Notes under the pieces: model-generated
What the model saw: the letters and a program-made list of their open reading frames with translations, nothing else
Database searches by the model: none
Told to the model about the DNA's origin: nothing
Program-made: the position numbers and the translations under genes
In this document: positions 11,520 through 24,759 of the stretch, one piece after another
Position numbering within the stretch: position 1 is the first letter of the stretch
Layout: each line of letters opens with the position of its first letter
DNA from: Rhynchopus sp. YZ270_cl-10
Lineage: Eukaryota
Direction of reading: 5' to 3'
DNA: 64,000 nt
Assembly (NCBI GenBank): GCA_964035575.1
Contig: OZ037838.1
Span: 1,426,001 to 1,490,000, forward strand

Positions 11520-12623
11520 ATGGATGTGACCTTTGTGCTGGAAGAGTCAGGCGTGACTGCGACAGTGGAGGTGCCGTGCGAGGCGGACGTTGCAGCGGCA
11601 AAGGAGGTTGCGTGCACGGCGCTTGCTGTCTCGCCTGCGTCTGTCGAGATGCGCATCGGCACGCAGGTGCTGGAGGGGACGTGCCGTCTGCAGGACACTG
11701 CGTTTGATGCAGGGGTACAGGTTGTGCTTGCCCGCCCTCGCTTTTCCGACATCAAGTGTCCTGCTGAGTACACTGCAACGCATGTGGGAAACCTGTCACT
11801 GTCTCCTTGTGGAACGCTCTGCGTCTATCACAACAGGAGTGCGCACGTTGGCGGCTTCGACACAGAAGCATTCATCACAGTCTTCTCGTTGGAACTGGAC
11901 GCATTCAAAGTGTTCAGTAGACCTTCCATCTCACGGTGCAAGACACGCTGCTACCTGGCGTGTTATCATTACCTTCTCGAGGTTGCGCTTCCGGGTGGGG
12001 AGGTGCTCCGCATAGTCGACAGCCCCTCGTTCCAAGTCTTTGCGCGTGGCGGTGCTGTTGTCTCCCGTGGCAAAGACGGCGTCTCTGTGTATGACGAAGA
12101 CCTGACGTTGCTCCGCACTATCTTGCACGAAGAGTGTACGGACATGGCAGTGTCGGACTGTGGTGGGTGGGTGATCACCTCCTCCAACAAGGAGAAGAAC
12201 GCACGTCTGTGGGATGTGAACACAGGTGAAGCTGTGGCATGTGTGCCTGCGGGTTGGTACTGTGCAGTGGCGCTTTCATGGTCTGCTTCTGTCTTTGCTG
12301 TGGAGGGGAAGAATGGCAAAGTGCAGCTCTATGACTGGAGTGGTGCGGCTCTTCGCAGTGTTGATACGGATAAAGAATTTGGGGGCATGCAGTTCACCCC
12401 GTGTGGGAAGTACCTAGTGGTCAAGGTTGACGATATGTTCGAGTCTACACTTTGCGAGGGACTGCACCAGTACGATGTGGCGACCATGTCCTGTGTGCGT
12501 GTGATCCCGGAAGCCCGGTATGGGTCCTTTGAGATATCACCGTGTTCACGTGTTGTTGTGTTTGAAGATGAAACAACAAACGTCATTGCAACAAGGCATC
12601 TGTATCCATACAACAGTGAGTGA
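11520..12623 (+). CDS. Ubl-propeller family copy 5 (367 aa)
   Basis: Start placed at the family ATG rather than the upstream ORF-track start; HVGGFDTE/HNSE subtype shared with copies 6 and 13. Confidence 0.92.
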   Translation: MDVTFVLEESGVTATVEVPCEADVAAAKEVACTALAVSPASVEMRIGTQVLEGTCRLQDTAFDAGVQVVLARPRFSDIKCPAEYTATHVGNLSLSPCGTLCVYHNRSAHVGGFDTEAFITVFSLELDAFKVFSRPSISRCKTRCYLACYHYLLEVALPGGEVLRIVDSPSFQVFARGGAVVSRGKDGVSVYDEDLTLLRTILHEECTDMAVSDCGGWVITSSNKEKNARLWDVNTGEAVACVPAGWYCAVALSWSASVFAVEGKNGKVQLYDWSGAALRSVDTDKEFGGMQFTPCGKYLVVKVDDMFESTLCEGLHQYDVATMSCVRVIPEARYGSFEISPCSRVVVFEDETTNVIATRHLYPYNSE

Positions 12624-12890
12624 TGTTTCGCGAGGGGTGGGAGGGTGGTGACTGTATTCTGACAGAAGGGGACAGTGCAAGTGTCTGCAGAGGGTATACC
12701 ATCAACTGCATAGGCCACACCGTCAATCTAGCTCAAGCTTACAGCTTTTCACACAAAAGTGCCGTTTTTTTTTGCATTTCCGAGCTGATCCCGGATTGTG
12801 ATGGGGTCATTTTGGAAAAATGGTCAACTGGAGGCCCCCAACTTGAGCTAAGGTGGGGACCCGGGAGCGCGAAGCGCGCCCGGGCTCGAC

Positions 12891-13703
12891 CAGGGCTTTC
12901 CGCAGGGGGGACCAGGGGGGGACCAGCCTGCCCTTGAGGGTTCTGAGGCTTCCTATTTGGACTTTTCCAGATTTTTTACATTTTTTCGTACCGTCCTGTC
13001 CCCGCACGTTCAAATACAGGCATAAAATACGGTTCCAGCTTCCCCTGCTCCTCTCAAAAATAAGGCAACAACGGGAGGCAACCGCGAACCCTGTGTTCGC
13101 GTAAGTTGCAGGCAAACGTCCAGCATCAGAGACATTTGAGGTTGTATACAAGAAGAAGGAGAAGACGTGTCAATCTCATTCAATTATGAGGGTTGGAAGA
13201 CGGAGGAGATCTAAAATGTTGCGTACCGTGGCTTCGCCAGAAAATTTTGTTCGGAAAATATGGAAGTAAAATTGACGTTTCTGACGATAATTACCAACGA
13301 CAGTGCCATTTTTATGGCAACATTTTTTAGAAATGTGCCGTACCGTGGCTTCGCCTGGAACCTTTGGGTGCTGTCTGACCGCCACTTCTTTTATAGACGT
13401 ACTGAGGTTACTGATCAGAAGTCTGACACTCCCTGCGGCTTGTGGTTCACCCTCCCACCCTCGCACCTTCCACGATTTTGTGCATCAGAGGGGGGAAAGC
13501 GCGTCACCTCTCTGCACTGGCAGGGAGTCGCGTGCACGAAGCGGCCGCTTTTACGGGGGGAAGCTCGGGGCCCAAATCACCCCCCGTAGGGGTGATTGAC
13601 GAGAGCCCTGACAACAAGGCGCGGGAATTTTTTTTTTTTTTTTCACCTTTTTTTGGCTGGTCCCCCTGGGAGGCCAAAACCCCAATTCCTGCGGAAAGCC
13701 CTG
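12891..13703. mobile_element. Non-autonomous DNA transposon with hAT-like ends and a 5-bp TSD
   Basis: Perfect 16-bp TIR CAGGGCTTTCCGCAGG / CCTGCGGAAAGCCCTG; TCGAC directly repeated at 12886-12890 and 13704-13708. The internal CGTACCGTGGCTTCGCC motif is also in the 31300 element. Confidence 0.85.
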
Positions 13704-13827
13704 TCGACTGGAAAAAAAAAAGTCAAAAAAAATTTTTTTATATCCGGCCAGCCGGCCTTAGCGTCAGCACTCCCCCCCTTTTTTCGACCATCGCCCCACG
13801 AAATCCCAAAATGCCAAAAGTTAGTTA

Positions 13828-14663
13828 CAGGGGGCGGGCCGAATACAAGGGGCGCCCCTTATATTTGGCGTGCCAAATCGGTAAAAATGGGCCAAAATCC
13901 CCTCTCCCTCGGGATGGATTTTTCAGGAGGCGGGTAAGGACTCGAGGCCGGAACCCTCGTTTTTCGGCGTTTCCGAAATCCGTCCGGCAAGTGGTGGGGT
14001 CATTTCGAAAAAATGGACCAATTTTTAGGTGTTTAGATTTTCCCCCATTTTTGGCCCTAACACACAGCTTTACCCGTTTTCACTCGGTTTGTACACATTT
14101 TCAGGCCATGTTTGACCTGAAAAGCCAGTTCATACGGGCACCAGACAGTTGTACGGGTGTTAGTGAGCGGTCCCGCGCGAAGCGCATCCGCGAACTACGT
14201 GTAGGAAGTGAAGCTGCTCAGTACGCACATTCCATTTGCAACCGAAAGAGTGTGCCTTTGTACACCTACTGGTAAAAGACAAGGATCTGTCACTATCTGT
14301 GAATTTACCAAAAGCCCCAGCCCCAGGCCACTACATCTCCTCACTAAAGCAGATAGGTCTATTCTCTTGAACTCCCCTCTTCGTATCGTATGAAACGAAA
14401 ATAGCAAGTGCAGCGAGTGGGTAAGGAAATTGCCCGCCGCAGGCGGGTTTTTTTGAAGTAACACTCAAATTTTGCACCTATTTTCTTCCCAACTGACGAT
14501 TGACACTGGCGGGCAGAGTCAAAAATGGGTTCCCAGAACAGCAAAAGGGGGTGCCCCTTATATTTAGCGGGCACCCCGCGAAAATTTCCCGAACCCTGGG
14601 TGCCCCTTGTATTTGGCATGCCCTTTGTATTTGGCCTGCCCCTTATATTCGCCCCCCCCCCTG
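13828..14663. mobile_element. Non-autonomous Tc1/mariner-like element
   Basis: TA-CAGGGGGCGGGCCGAATACAAGGGG ... CCCCTTATATTCGCCCCCCCCCCTG-TA; subterminal GCCCCTTRTATTTGG repeats; no transposase ORF. Confidence 0.75.
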
Positions 14664-15127
14664 TAATATCCCTGCCCCCTGTGCTCCACAACATTTTCTG
14701 TACTTCAGGCAGGACTGCATGGTTGGGTGTCCACCCCCTGTCACGAGAGGGTCTTGTATTTGGGGTAAGGACGTTCTGATACGTGACTTTTGGACAGTTC
14801 AGACCTTGTGGTTCTCAACTCTTTATCGTAAACCTTGTGGGTCTGAATTGTCAAAAGTCACACTTGGGGGTACCAGAACGTCCGTAACCCTTTGTATTTG
14901 CACGACTTTTCAGTTTCTCCATCCTCTGCGATATGAAGCGCAAACACGCCATTTTCAATTTGATTCGCAGACCGGTAACTGACTCACGAAATTACTGTGT
15001 CAAAAACACCTTCCTCTGCGAGGCGGAATATATAAACAACGTCTATCACTCATGTGTCTGTGACGGTCAATAGCGTCATGGCTTTTATCATGACGGGGCC
15101 GAAACTACTTTTCTTTTTATCTTTTCC

Positions 15128-15330
15128 TTTTAGTAAACACGTAGATTTTGACAAAATGCTCGAGACCCTCGTGAAAAGTCGCGAGTCTGCGTTTCCCGCT
15201 CCCCGCTTGTTTTCCCCCTCTTTTCCCCCCTGTGCTCCACTACACTTTCTGTACTTCAGGCAAACACAACCATATCTTAAATCAAGTCGAAGAAAAAGAA
15301 GGGGAAAAAAATGGAAGCGAACAACAAACA
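15128..15330 (+). repeat. Dispersed intergenic repeat that hosts the 2-kb foldback
   Basis: TTTAGTAAACACGTAG..TTGACAAAATGCTC..CTGTACTTCAGG..TGGAAGCGAACAACAAAC matches about 51359-51580; 17651-17845 also matches 42431-42750. Confidence 0.8.
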
Positions 15331-15488
15331 AAAAAACGTACAAAACGTAAATTTACAAAAAAAAAGTCCACACCCACGAGGCGAGCGTTTTGGCAGGCGC
15401 TTGTAAGGACAGCCAAAAGACTTGAATCTGAGTGCAGAAGTGGTGTGGAAGCGAACAACAAACAACCTTTACTTTCCCCCCCCCCCCC

Positions 15489-17529
15489 CCCTAGGGGACG
15501 TAATAGCCTTAAGGAAGGGTGAAGCTTTTTGAATATTTTCACTTTTTTCCCGGAAAAAGTTAATAAATCTGCAAAAAACCGGCGGGGTACACCCTGGGAT
15601 CTACGATCTAGGTCAGAGAACCCACTGAAACCATCAATGGACGACTTAGGGACAAAAACAATTTGGTTTTTTTTGAAAAAATGACTCCAAAACATGTAAC
15701 AAAAATGTAACGGAAAAAGGCCGATTTAAGGCTTACTCTTGCATGGAACTTTAAAGTGACTTGGAGTCGTCTAAGGTGTCGAAAACACACCCAAATCGAT
15801 TTTTTTGGGGTTTGTATGGGTATTTCTATGTGATTTTGGGGAAAATTTCGTCGAAAATGGGTTTATTTTTGTGGCAAAAGGCCGTGAAGGCCCCATTTTT
15901 GCCCAATTTTACCGTATTTTTTGAGTTTTTTTTCAAAAAAAAAATCCAATTTAAAGTTGTAAGTACATGTCTGTGGCCTCCAAGGACCCCCGCATGTCAT
16001 CCTGCCACTTCATGGGGGGTGTAACCCACCATGTTTGGGGGAAAGTACGTCGAGGGATGCGCCCCAAAATCCACTCTTGCATCGCGTAACGGTTGCGTAA
16101 CGGTTGCAAAACGCACCTTTCCCTCAAATACCCCGCATGTGTTGCATGACCACCCAAAGTGCTGTAGCGTCATCTAAAGTGTCCAAAACACACCCAAAAT
16201 GATTTTTCTGGGGTTATCAGGGTGTTTATATGTGTTTTTGGGGCTTTATCAGTCGAAAATATGACATTTTTTTGGGTTTTTTTGGGCTCCGAGGCCCTAT
16301 TTTAGCCCGATTTTGCTGCGTTTTTTGCGTATTTTTTCATATTTTTTTTCAAGTTAAAGTTGTAAGTACACGTCGTTGGCCTCCAAGGACCCCCACATGT
16401 CATCCTGCCACCTCCTGGGGGGTGTAACCCACCATGTTTGGGGGAAAGTACGTTAAGGGATGCACCCCAAACCCCAATGCAAGAGTGGGGACGCAGGTTT
16501 GGTAAGCGTCCGAAAGTGTCCAAGCGTCCCCACTCTTGCATTGGGGTTTGGGGTGCATCCCTTAACGTACTTTCCCCCAAACATGGTGGGTTACACCCCC
16601 CAGGAGGTGGCAGGATGACATGTGGGGGTCCTTGGAGGCCAACGACGTGTACTTACAACTTTAACTTGAAAAAAAATATGAAAAAATACGCAAAAAACGC
16701 AGCAAAATCGGGCTAAAATAGGGCCTCGGAGCCCAAAAAAACCCAAAAAAATGTCATATTTTCGACTGATAAAGCCCCAAAAACACATATAAACACCCTG
16801 ATAACCCCAGAAAAATCATTTTGGGTGTGTTTTGGACACTTTAGATGACGCTACAGCACTTTGGGTGGTCATGCAACACATGCGGGGTATTTGAGGGAAA
16901 GGTGCGTTTTGCAACCGTTACGCAACCGTTACGCGATGCAAGAGTGGATTTTGGGGCGCATCCCTCGACGTACTTTCCCCCAAACATGGTGGGTTACACC
17001 CCCCATGAAGTGGCAGGATGACATGCGGGGGTCCTTGGAGGCCACAGACATGTACTTACAACTTTAAATTGGATTTTTTTTTTGAAAAAAAACTCAAAAA
17101 ATACGGTAAAATTGGGCAAAAATGGGGCCTTCACGGCCTTTTGCCACAAAAATAAACCCATTTTCGACGAAATTTTCCCCAAAATCACATAGAAATACCC
17201 ATACAAACCCCAAAAAAATCGATTTGGGTGTGTTTTCGACACCTTAGACGACTCCAAGTCACTTTAAAGTTCCATGCAAGAGTAAGCCTTAAATCGGCCT
17301 TTTTCCGTTACATTTTTGTTACATGTTTTGGAGTCATTTTTTCAAAAAAAACCAAATTGTTTTTGTCCCTAAGTCGTCCATTGATGGTTTCAGTGGGTTC
17401 TCTGACCTAGATCGTAGATCCCAGGGTGTACCCCGCCGGTTTTTTGCAGATTTATTAACTTTTTCCGGGAAAAAAGTGAAAATATTCAAAAAGCTTCACC
17501 CTTCCTTAAGGCCATTACGTCCCCTAGGG
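15489..17529. mobile_element. 2.04-kb foldback palindrome (1006-bp arms, 29-bp spacer), Foldback/MULE-like
   Basis: 15489-16494 is the reverse complement of 16524-17529 (mirror ORFs in the track; one mismatch seen at 15505). Each arm carries a ~400-bp internal duplication. Flanked by T-poly(C) on both sides; related empty site at about 51560-51655. Confidence 0.93.
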
Positions 17530-17995
17530 TCCCCCCCCCCCCCCCCGTTTATAGTCTTTTGAGCAACAAGCAAAGAGGAATCTCTCGAGCATTTTTCCAG
17601 CGTTTTTGGTGACATAGTGCCTGATAGATAAGAGATTAAAATTTCTACCTTTTTTGTACGAGTATGCAATACGTCTGGAAATGAAGGACACGCTCTTCGG
17701 TTACCATGAGTCTTACCGTGTTCCCCTTTTGTTCTCCACCTCTCCCCCGTACCTTTCAAGACGCGGGTTTTCGGGAGTTTTTCTTTGGGGTTTGAAAAAA
17801 AAGGATGGATGCGATCAACAAACAACAAACAACGAATAAATAAGGATTACATTTTATTGCCAAATATACCCCTCCCACCACCACTCCCTCACCACTCACC
17901 CCCCCTCACCCTCACCCCAGGAACTCAATCCAAACCCTCCCTCCCCTCCCTCTTCCTCTCCCTCTCTCTTTCTTCTTCTTCTTTTTTCTCTCCCA

Positions 17996-19345
17996 ATGGG
18001 AATCCGCTTCAGAGAGCCTGTTGATGCTGAAGGCAATGTGGAGAAGCCGCGCAGGCAGCGTAAGGACGGGCTCAGCGAGAGGGTCGAGCAGCTGGAGGCT
18101 CAGATGCGGAGGATGCGGGCGGACTGCCGCGGCATGGGTGTCGAGCTTCCTGAGACCAAAGCGGTGCCTTCGTACAGCAGGGAGCGCGGCTCGTCTTTGT
18201 ACAGCAAAAGAAGCTCGAGTACTGGCCGTGCCGCGTCGTCGACACCACGCACCCCACGCACCTCAAAGAAGAAGCCCTGGTGCAGCGCCACCGCCACCTC
18301 TGCCGACCTCATCCCTCCAGTCCGCAAACGCGGCCGCTCCGGCAGCGCCAAACGCACCGTCCCCACCACCCCACGCGACTTCGCAACCGACTCTGACCCT
18401 ACTGAGGCTCCAGCCACACCACGCACCCCGATTCCTGGGGTCCTCCGCTCTGGCTCGCGGTACAGCGAACGCCAGGTGAGTATCACTCCAAAACCTCAGC
18501 ATCTTACGCGAACCTTGGTCAAAGATGATCCTGCCATCCCTGGGGCAAGAGGGACATTGAGAGAGAATGGGGTGCGTCCACCTGCGTTGTGGGAAGATGC
18601 GCAGGAAGACGACGTGAGCATGATGCGCGCGTCTCTGCGGCAGAATGGGTACCACGTTGCAGGGGGCAGCCCGCTCTCCCCGAGCCAGCCGCTTCCTTCG
18701 ACCCCTCCTCCGGTTTTAGGATTTGGAACCGCAATGGGGTCGGCCTACCAACCAGGAGGCGTCTTCGCCTCACCCAACCACCTCACGCTCGAAAAGATGG
18801 ACTCCCGTGAAAGCGATGTGGTGAACAACAGCATTACCTGGAATGCGGCAGTGGAGCGTACGCCGGATACTACCGAGACCGACGAAGATGACGACTCAGA
18901 AGGGGGGCGTCCAGTAGTGTCCCGACCACGCAGTGCGGTGCCGGAGCTTATCTCCCTCAAGAGGGAGTTGTCTGTGAAGTCGCAGCAGGGCAGTGTGTTC
19001 GTGAAGTCGCCGCCTCAACAGGAAAGGAAGAACAGTGGGGTATGGGTGAAGAGTCCGCCTACGTCTCCGTTGGCAGAGGGGTTGACGGTGCCAGTGGTGG
19101 GGAGGGCGCGGGCGTCGTCGGTAGTCAAATCTAATATCAAAGCTAGCATGCCCAATGTCGCGCGCTTCCAGTTTGAAGGCCCCGAGCAGCGAAATGCGCC
19201 GGTCGTGGCACGCAGTAAGTCACCTCCAGTGACCCCCCGCAGCAAAAGCGCGAGACGCGATTCGCTTGTAATCGCCTCCTCGCCAGGCACCCCAGTGAAA
19301 GTACCCCCTCCGCCAAGGCAAAGTGGCTTCAGTGCAAGAGATTGA
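17996..19345 (+). CDS. Hypothetical 449-aa protein: short N-terminal coiled coil, then S/P/R/T-rich disordered region
   Basis: Long GC-rich ORF in an AT-rich context, preceded by a pyrimidine tract; LSERVEQLEAQMRRMRAD heptad pattern; many SP/TP motifs. Confidence 0.85.
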   Translation: MGIRFREPVDAEGNVEKPRRQRKDGLSERVEQLEAQMRRMRADCRGMGVELPETKAVPSYSRERGSSLYSKRSSSTGRAASSTPRTPRTSKKKPWCSATATSADLIPPVRKRGRSGSAKRTVPTTPRDFATDSDPTEAPATPRTPIPGVLRSGSRYSERQVSITPKPQHLTRTLVKDDPAIPGARGTLRENGVRPPALWEDAQEDDVSMMRASLRQNGYHVAGGSPLSPSQPLPSTPPPVLGFGTAMGSAYQPGGVFASPNHLTLEKMDSRESDVVNNSITWNAAVERTPDTTETDEDDDSEGGRPVVSRPRSAVPELISLKRELSVKSQQGSVFVKSPPQQERKNSGVWVKSPPTSPLAEGLTVPVVGRARASSVVKSNIKASMPNVARFQFEGPEQRNAPVVARSKSPPVTPRSKSARRDSLVIASSPGTPVKVPPPPRQSGFSARD

Positions 19346-19560
19346 AGTTTTTTGGGGTCGGTGAAATGGGGAGAGGGGTGAGGATGTGGGGAAAGGGGGG
19401 GACAGAATTTTCTTAAAATAGGATATTGTTGTCGTTTCTGGATATTTGATTTTTTTTTTTTTTGAAAAAAAGAAAAAAGGAGGGGGAAAAACCCCAAAGC
19501 TTTACCCTGGTACTCCCGCACTAGGTAAAAAAAAATATAAAAAAGGGGTGTGCGGGGGGG

Positions 19561-20738
19561 CAGTGTTCTAAAATACGTGGAAAAATACGTATTAATACCA
19601 TACAATGCAACGAGGCCGGGTACGCCTGAAAATACTCGTATCTGGAAAATATATCTGAGGCGTGCCTGAGGCGTCACTGAGGCGTGCCTGAGGCGTACTC
19701 GGGATTAGTTACGTTTAAGTACGCCTCAGGCACGCCTGAGTATATATCAACGTATAATTGCGTTTCAGGCGCCTGGTGTGTATTTTTCCCCCGCAAAAAG
19801 GGCCTCTGATGCATTTCCGGAGCGATCTGAAAAAATTCCGGGGTCGGACAATTTTTTTAGCAAAAATGTGTGACTTTAAGTTTGTACCAAAAACCAGGGG
19901 AAAGTATACCCGGTTTCATATTTCTGCTGATATGTAAAATTATTATGCACAGGTCACCACGTTTCTAAGGCATGCCATGTATTTCCTCCGCCCCCTGAAA
20001 TGTGCTGAAATCAACTTTCGGTGTCCTGCTGAGAAAATTGCGGGGTCGCAAGATATTTTTAGTGGAAAAATATCATGGACTGCTTACAGTAAACTGCCTC
20101 CTAAAAAGAGGCTTCGCAGAAGATGAGTCATACCTCGGGTATAAAAAAGTATAAAAAAGTCCTTTGGTCACCCCATAGTTGTACTAAAAATAGGGCTGTG
20201 GATCAAGTTGGGCCCCGAAGGGACCCAGTCGAAAAGCACCCCCGAGATTTGTTTACAATGATTCTTGAATCAATGAAATACCCGAAGGTACCACCAAAAT
20301 ATATATCATCAGCACCAAAGCTTAGCGAACCCTTTTCATTTTTTCGACTCGCTCGGCCCAGAGGCGCATTTTTCATCGTGCGACCCCGCATTTGAAAGAT
20401 TTTGCTACCTCTGAATCGAAAACCACAAAATTTGGGGGTAAATACTTTTTTGTTCCTGACCAAAATGCTGGTAAGAAATATAAATATACCCAGGCGTGCC
20501 TGAGGCGTACTTAAACGTAACTAATCCCGAGTACGCCTCAGGCACGCCTGAGTATTTATTTTCAGGCCTTGGCGAGGCCGACTCGGCCTCGTTGCATTGT
20601 ATGTAATACGTATTAATACGTGACGTATTAATACGAAAATACGTATTAAATACGTAATACGTAAATACGTGGCTTATTCTCCCCACGTATACGTATTAAT
20701 ACGTATTAATACGTAGCAGTACGTATTTTAGATCACTG
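19561..20738. mobile_element. Non-autonomous hAT-like element with long structured TIRs
   Basis: CAGTGTTCTAAAATACGT / ACGTATTTTAGATCACTG termini; GCGGGGGGG repeated at 19552-19560 and 20739-20747. A subterminal ~60-bp block (19678-19738) is inverted at about 20491-20552; TACGTATTAATACG repeats. Confidence 0.85.
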
Positions 20739-23616
20739 GCGGGGGGGTGGGGGGAATGGGGAAAGGTTTTAAAAAAAACCTGTGAGGAGAGTTCAAACAC
20801 CCACGAAACTTTCTCTCAGGGGCTCGACTTTTTTTTTTGAATCTTGACAATAAACACAGTGTGAGGGCTTAGGTGTATCTTGCCCAAAAAAAATTCTCTT
20901 TTTTTTGATCCCCTCCCTCTACCCCCCTAATAATATGGCACCGCGCCCCCGCTGACAGGAGTGTGATTCTTCAAAAAAAAATACCATGAATTTCCGGAGC
21001 GATCTGGAATATGAAGGGATACTGAGGTTATGCCCTCACAACTTGACTTTAAAAATCGGGCCTTTTTTTTATACGGTACTTCTGAGGATGTATTACATTT
21101 AGAAGAAGCAAAAAAATATGGTGTGGAGTTCACACGAAAAAAGCGAGGTGTCTACACGTCATCAAATAATCAAAAAAATAATAAAACCTACATTCTTGAG
21201 CTCTTCTATACGAAATGATTTTCATTGGACGCATCCCCTTCTCCAATTCAATTCAACAAACTGTAGCTTTCTCCCTCAAATTTCGTAAACTCAACCTGCG
21301 CCGAAGCTGCTGAGGTCGGAAGACAAAGAGTGAGGGCGAAGCACCACACGTATGAACCCAAATGCTGCGCTTGTAATGCTGTATGTAAGTCGTATCCTAA
21401 CTATTAAAGACAAAGTGTATAGGTTAATTGCCAACAGTACGTCCCTCGACGGTACTGTGCGCTAAACCGGCCCAAGGGTACGATGACGCATACATATAAG
21501 CATAACATGCGACGAGCGCTAGGCCCAACGTGCATAACCAGTAACAAAGAACAAAGAGAATAGTATAAAAGTGTCAACAGCAATAACGACAATAACGCCA
21601 ATTTCTCTTTCCTTTTTTTTTTTTTTTTTTTCAAATGGAAAACGCTAATAACTTTTTGACCCCCCTCTGTAAGTGTTGGTTGAATTGGAGTCGGGGAGCA
21701 CAAGCAAAGGGCAATGACAGGAAAAGAATGAGTAAAAGAACAAGATAGAAGAGCCAGTATTTAAGTCTGAGTTTCACACACAATTCCAATCATTCGAGCC
21801 GAAGACACCCAAACATTTCGGCTTGTATTATTTCCTTACAACCGTACGCGTACCGCTTCGTCTGTTGTATACAATAAAAAAATAAAAAAAAAATGTGATG
21901 CGTACCGTTTTGCTTTGCGTAGGGTAGGTCAAATACTCTCTCTCTCTCTCTGTCTCTCTGCTTTACCACCCCCGCCCCCTTTGATACCCTAGTGTATGTG
22001 CCTCAGGGGGGTGGCTAACGACCTTTTTTTTGTTTCTTTTGTGCGCTCGTTTAAAAATACGGTCTTCTTTTTATTATTTTGCATTTTTTTTTCCAGGTGA
22101 CTAAGCACAGAGAGGCTTAGATCCATCTTTATAAAACTTTTGTTATTTTATTCCTTTATTCTTTTCTTTCTTTCCTCTTTCCTCTCCCCCCCTCCGTTTT
22201 CCCCTCCCTTCGATACGTGCCCACCCACGGAACCACATTTTTAATATTTAAGATTTTTTGTTTTTCTTATTTTGCCTTTTCTCTGTTTCAGTACCCCCCT
22301 CGGGGAGCCTCCAAAAAACTAGTGTTTTGTGGAACGCACCCTCGACTGTCTACACATGGACGGTCGGTAGCGTACCAAGCTAAGCAACAGACGAAGGGGT
22401 GTTTTTTATAATTTTAAAACCCGATACCACCCCGGTGCCGGGGCGCGGTTTATGAGTTGCGATATATGTCTTTTCTTTAGGAGCTGACTAAGCACTTGAA
22501 GTCTTTAGAGAGTCATCTAAAAAAAAAAAAGTGGAGCACTCTAGGGTGGCTACATTAATACAACCAAGTTTTCAAAAAAAATTGAAATCCTTATTTTCTT
22601 TTTCGCGCTGTTCTGTGTCCCCTTTTTTCATAAAAGTATGAGGGCTTTCCAACTGTACACCTGACACTGTCTCTCGAGCAGGTTGTATTTTGTTTATTTT
22701 TTATTTTTGTACGAAACTGATTTTAACTTAGGGGTGAAAGAGTTCATTGGTGAGGGTACATCCTCACCAAAACTTTTCTTTTCCTCTAATTATCAACTTT
22801 GTTCTGCGTGTCTGTGCTTTTTATTCTTTTGAAATTTCAAAGTTATGTCGGGAAAATAAATGCCGTTTTTTTTTTCCTTCTTTTCAAGACGTGAGTCATC
22901 AGGAGGGTGTGCCTGTATGCCTGTGTAATAGTATCAATGCTATTTCCCCCCTTTTTTTTGAAAGCTATCTTGCTTCAAAAAAAAAACGATAATAATGATT
23001 GCTAAAGATACAGGCACGAGAGGGCACCGTTCATTCTTCGAAACGCTCTTTATTTTATTTTCTGAGATGGCTAAGTCTATGAGACTCATCTTATAAACAA
23101 TGGTGTGGCTGAAGGGGGGATTCGCACTTCTTGCGTACTTTTCCACAATTTTTGTGCACCTCTGTGTACTAGGAACGTATGTCACCAGTGTGAAATTTTA
23201 TTTTTACAAAACTGACCAAAAAAAAGCTGATTTTCGAGGGCTGATTCCGCACTTTTTTGTGCCCCCATTCAGCACACCATAAACTCTTTTTTTCATTTCT
23301 TGCAGTTCAACCTTTGGTTTTTTGCTTTCTTCTCTTTCATCCGTCCAGCTACACATGACAAATATGCAAAAAAAAATAAGGGGAATAATTAAACACACAT
23401 TATTTCGTACACTCCAAACAAAAAACAAGGCTAGGAAAGCATACCCGATCCCATCCCGCGAACCCCATCCCGCCCCGTCTCTACCCGTCTCCCATGTTAA
23501 GTGTGGATTCCTTTAGTGTGAGTAACAAAAAAAGGTGTTATTTTTTCTCTTTCAGACACACCATTAAATCATTTTCTGATCATTACCGTTTGTTTTATGA
23601 CAGATGAAATTGTCTC

Positions 23617-23683
23617 TTGGTGCTATGGGAAATCGGTCAACGACCTGTCAGCGACCTGTCAATGTCGACCCCCTCCGGAGCAC
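23617..23683. repeat. ~70-bp dispersed mini-element (TGGTGCT...AGCAC), copy 1 of 3
   Basis: CGGTCAACGACCTGTCAGCGACCTGTCAATGTCGACCCC is also at about 34890-34957 and inverted, with an insert, at about 31531-31633. Confidence 0.8.
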
Positions 23684-24641
23684 AAAAAACCACTCCCAAA
23701 AACTCTAAATGTAGTTATTAAATATATTCACCTCTCTCACTCTTCATTGAAATAGCTGTGCACCCCCCCTTGTGTGGCAGCCGTTTTCTTCAATTCAAAA
23801 GATTTGCTTCAATTGATTTTTGTTTTTTATGTTTCTTTTTTTTAATTATTATTCGGTTCCTAAGCACGAACAAAGGCTTAGATTTACCTTATACTAAGGA
23901 ACCTTTTCTGTTATACTATCTTACTCAGAGTTTGTTTGTTTTTGTTTTTATTTTCGGAAATATTGTCCCTCTGCACAAATCCTACAGCGACGTTGGAAAT
24001 ATGGGTTCTATATTTTCGGCTACTTTACAGCCAATTTTGCATGTACCGGGTAATATTATAATATTTGGCACAGAAATATTAGAATGTACACAAATCGTGG
24101 GTAAAATCCGAAATAGAAATATTATAATTTTTTCGGCCAAAAAAAATTTTTTTTTGACCATGTCGCAGAGTGAAAAATAGACCGAAATTTTCGATTTTGG
24201 TGTTGCAAAATTTTTCGAAAATCCTGAAAAGTGCCCAAAAACACGTGAAAACACATGTATAGGCACCCCAGCATTGCCCAGGCTTGGTGAAAATTTTTCC
24301 TGCATGGGGGCCCTCCGGGCCCCCAGGACCCATTGCGACCCGATTGGTTCACGTTACTGAAAAATTTGTTCCCTAAGACACACACGTGGTTAACATACCC
24401 CTGAAAAACACCCTACATCCACATAACGATCAACGTCCCAAAGTGACAAAGTGTTCCAGCTACCCCCATCCCCCACGTCGGTAAATATCATCATATAAAT
24501 GAATCTGAACCCCTCTCCTTCCAGCACACCAACATACACATTTTGACACACAAGAACTGTACCATAACAGGGGTTTTTTGACACACAGAATACGAGCGGA
24601 TTTGTGCGTCGGGACAATATTACCGAAAATGAAAATATGAA

Positions 24642-24759
24642 TTTTCTGGAAATATAGCACCATATTTCCTTCGGTACCCCCAATGCTGCTTCGGTCGACG
24701 ATTTCCCTCAGCAGCATTGGGGGTACCTCAGGAAATATGAGTACTATATTTCCAGAAAA
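24642..24759. repeat. 118-bp hairpin MITE-like palindrome
   Basis: TTTTCTGGAAATATAG..CATATTTCCT..GGTACCCCCAATGCTGCT is inverted with AGCAGCATTGGGGGTACC..AGGAAATATG..CTATATTTCCAGAAAA. Confidence 0.85.

Noticed and set aside
13442..14275. 277-aa ORF as a transposase
   Set aside because: Spans two different elements and homopolymer runs; no DDE motif recognised.
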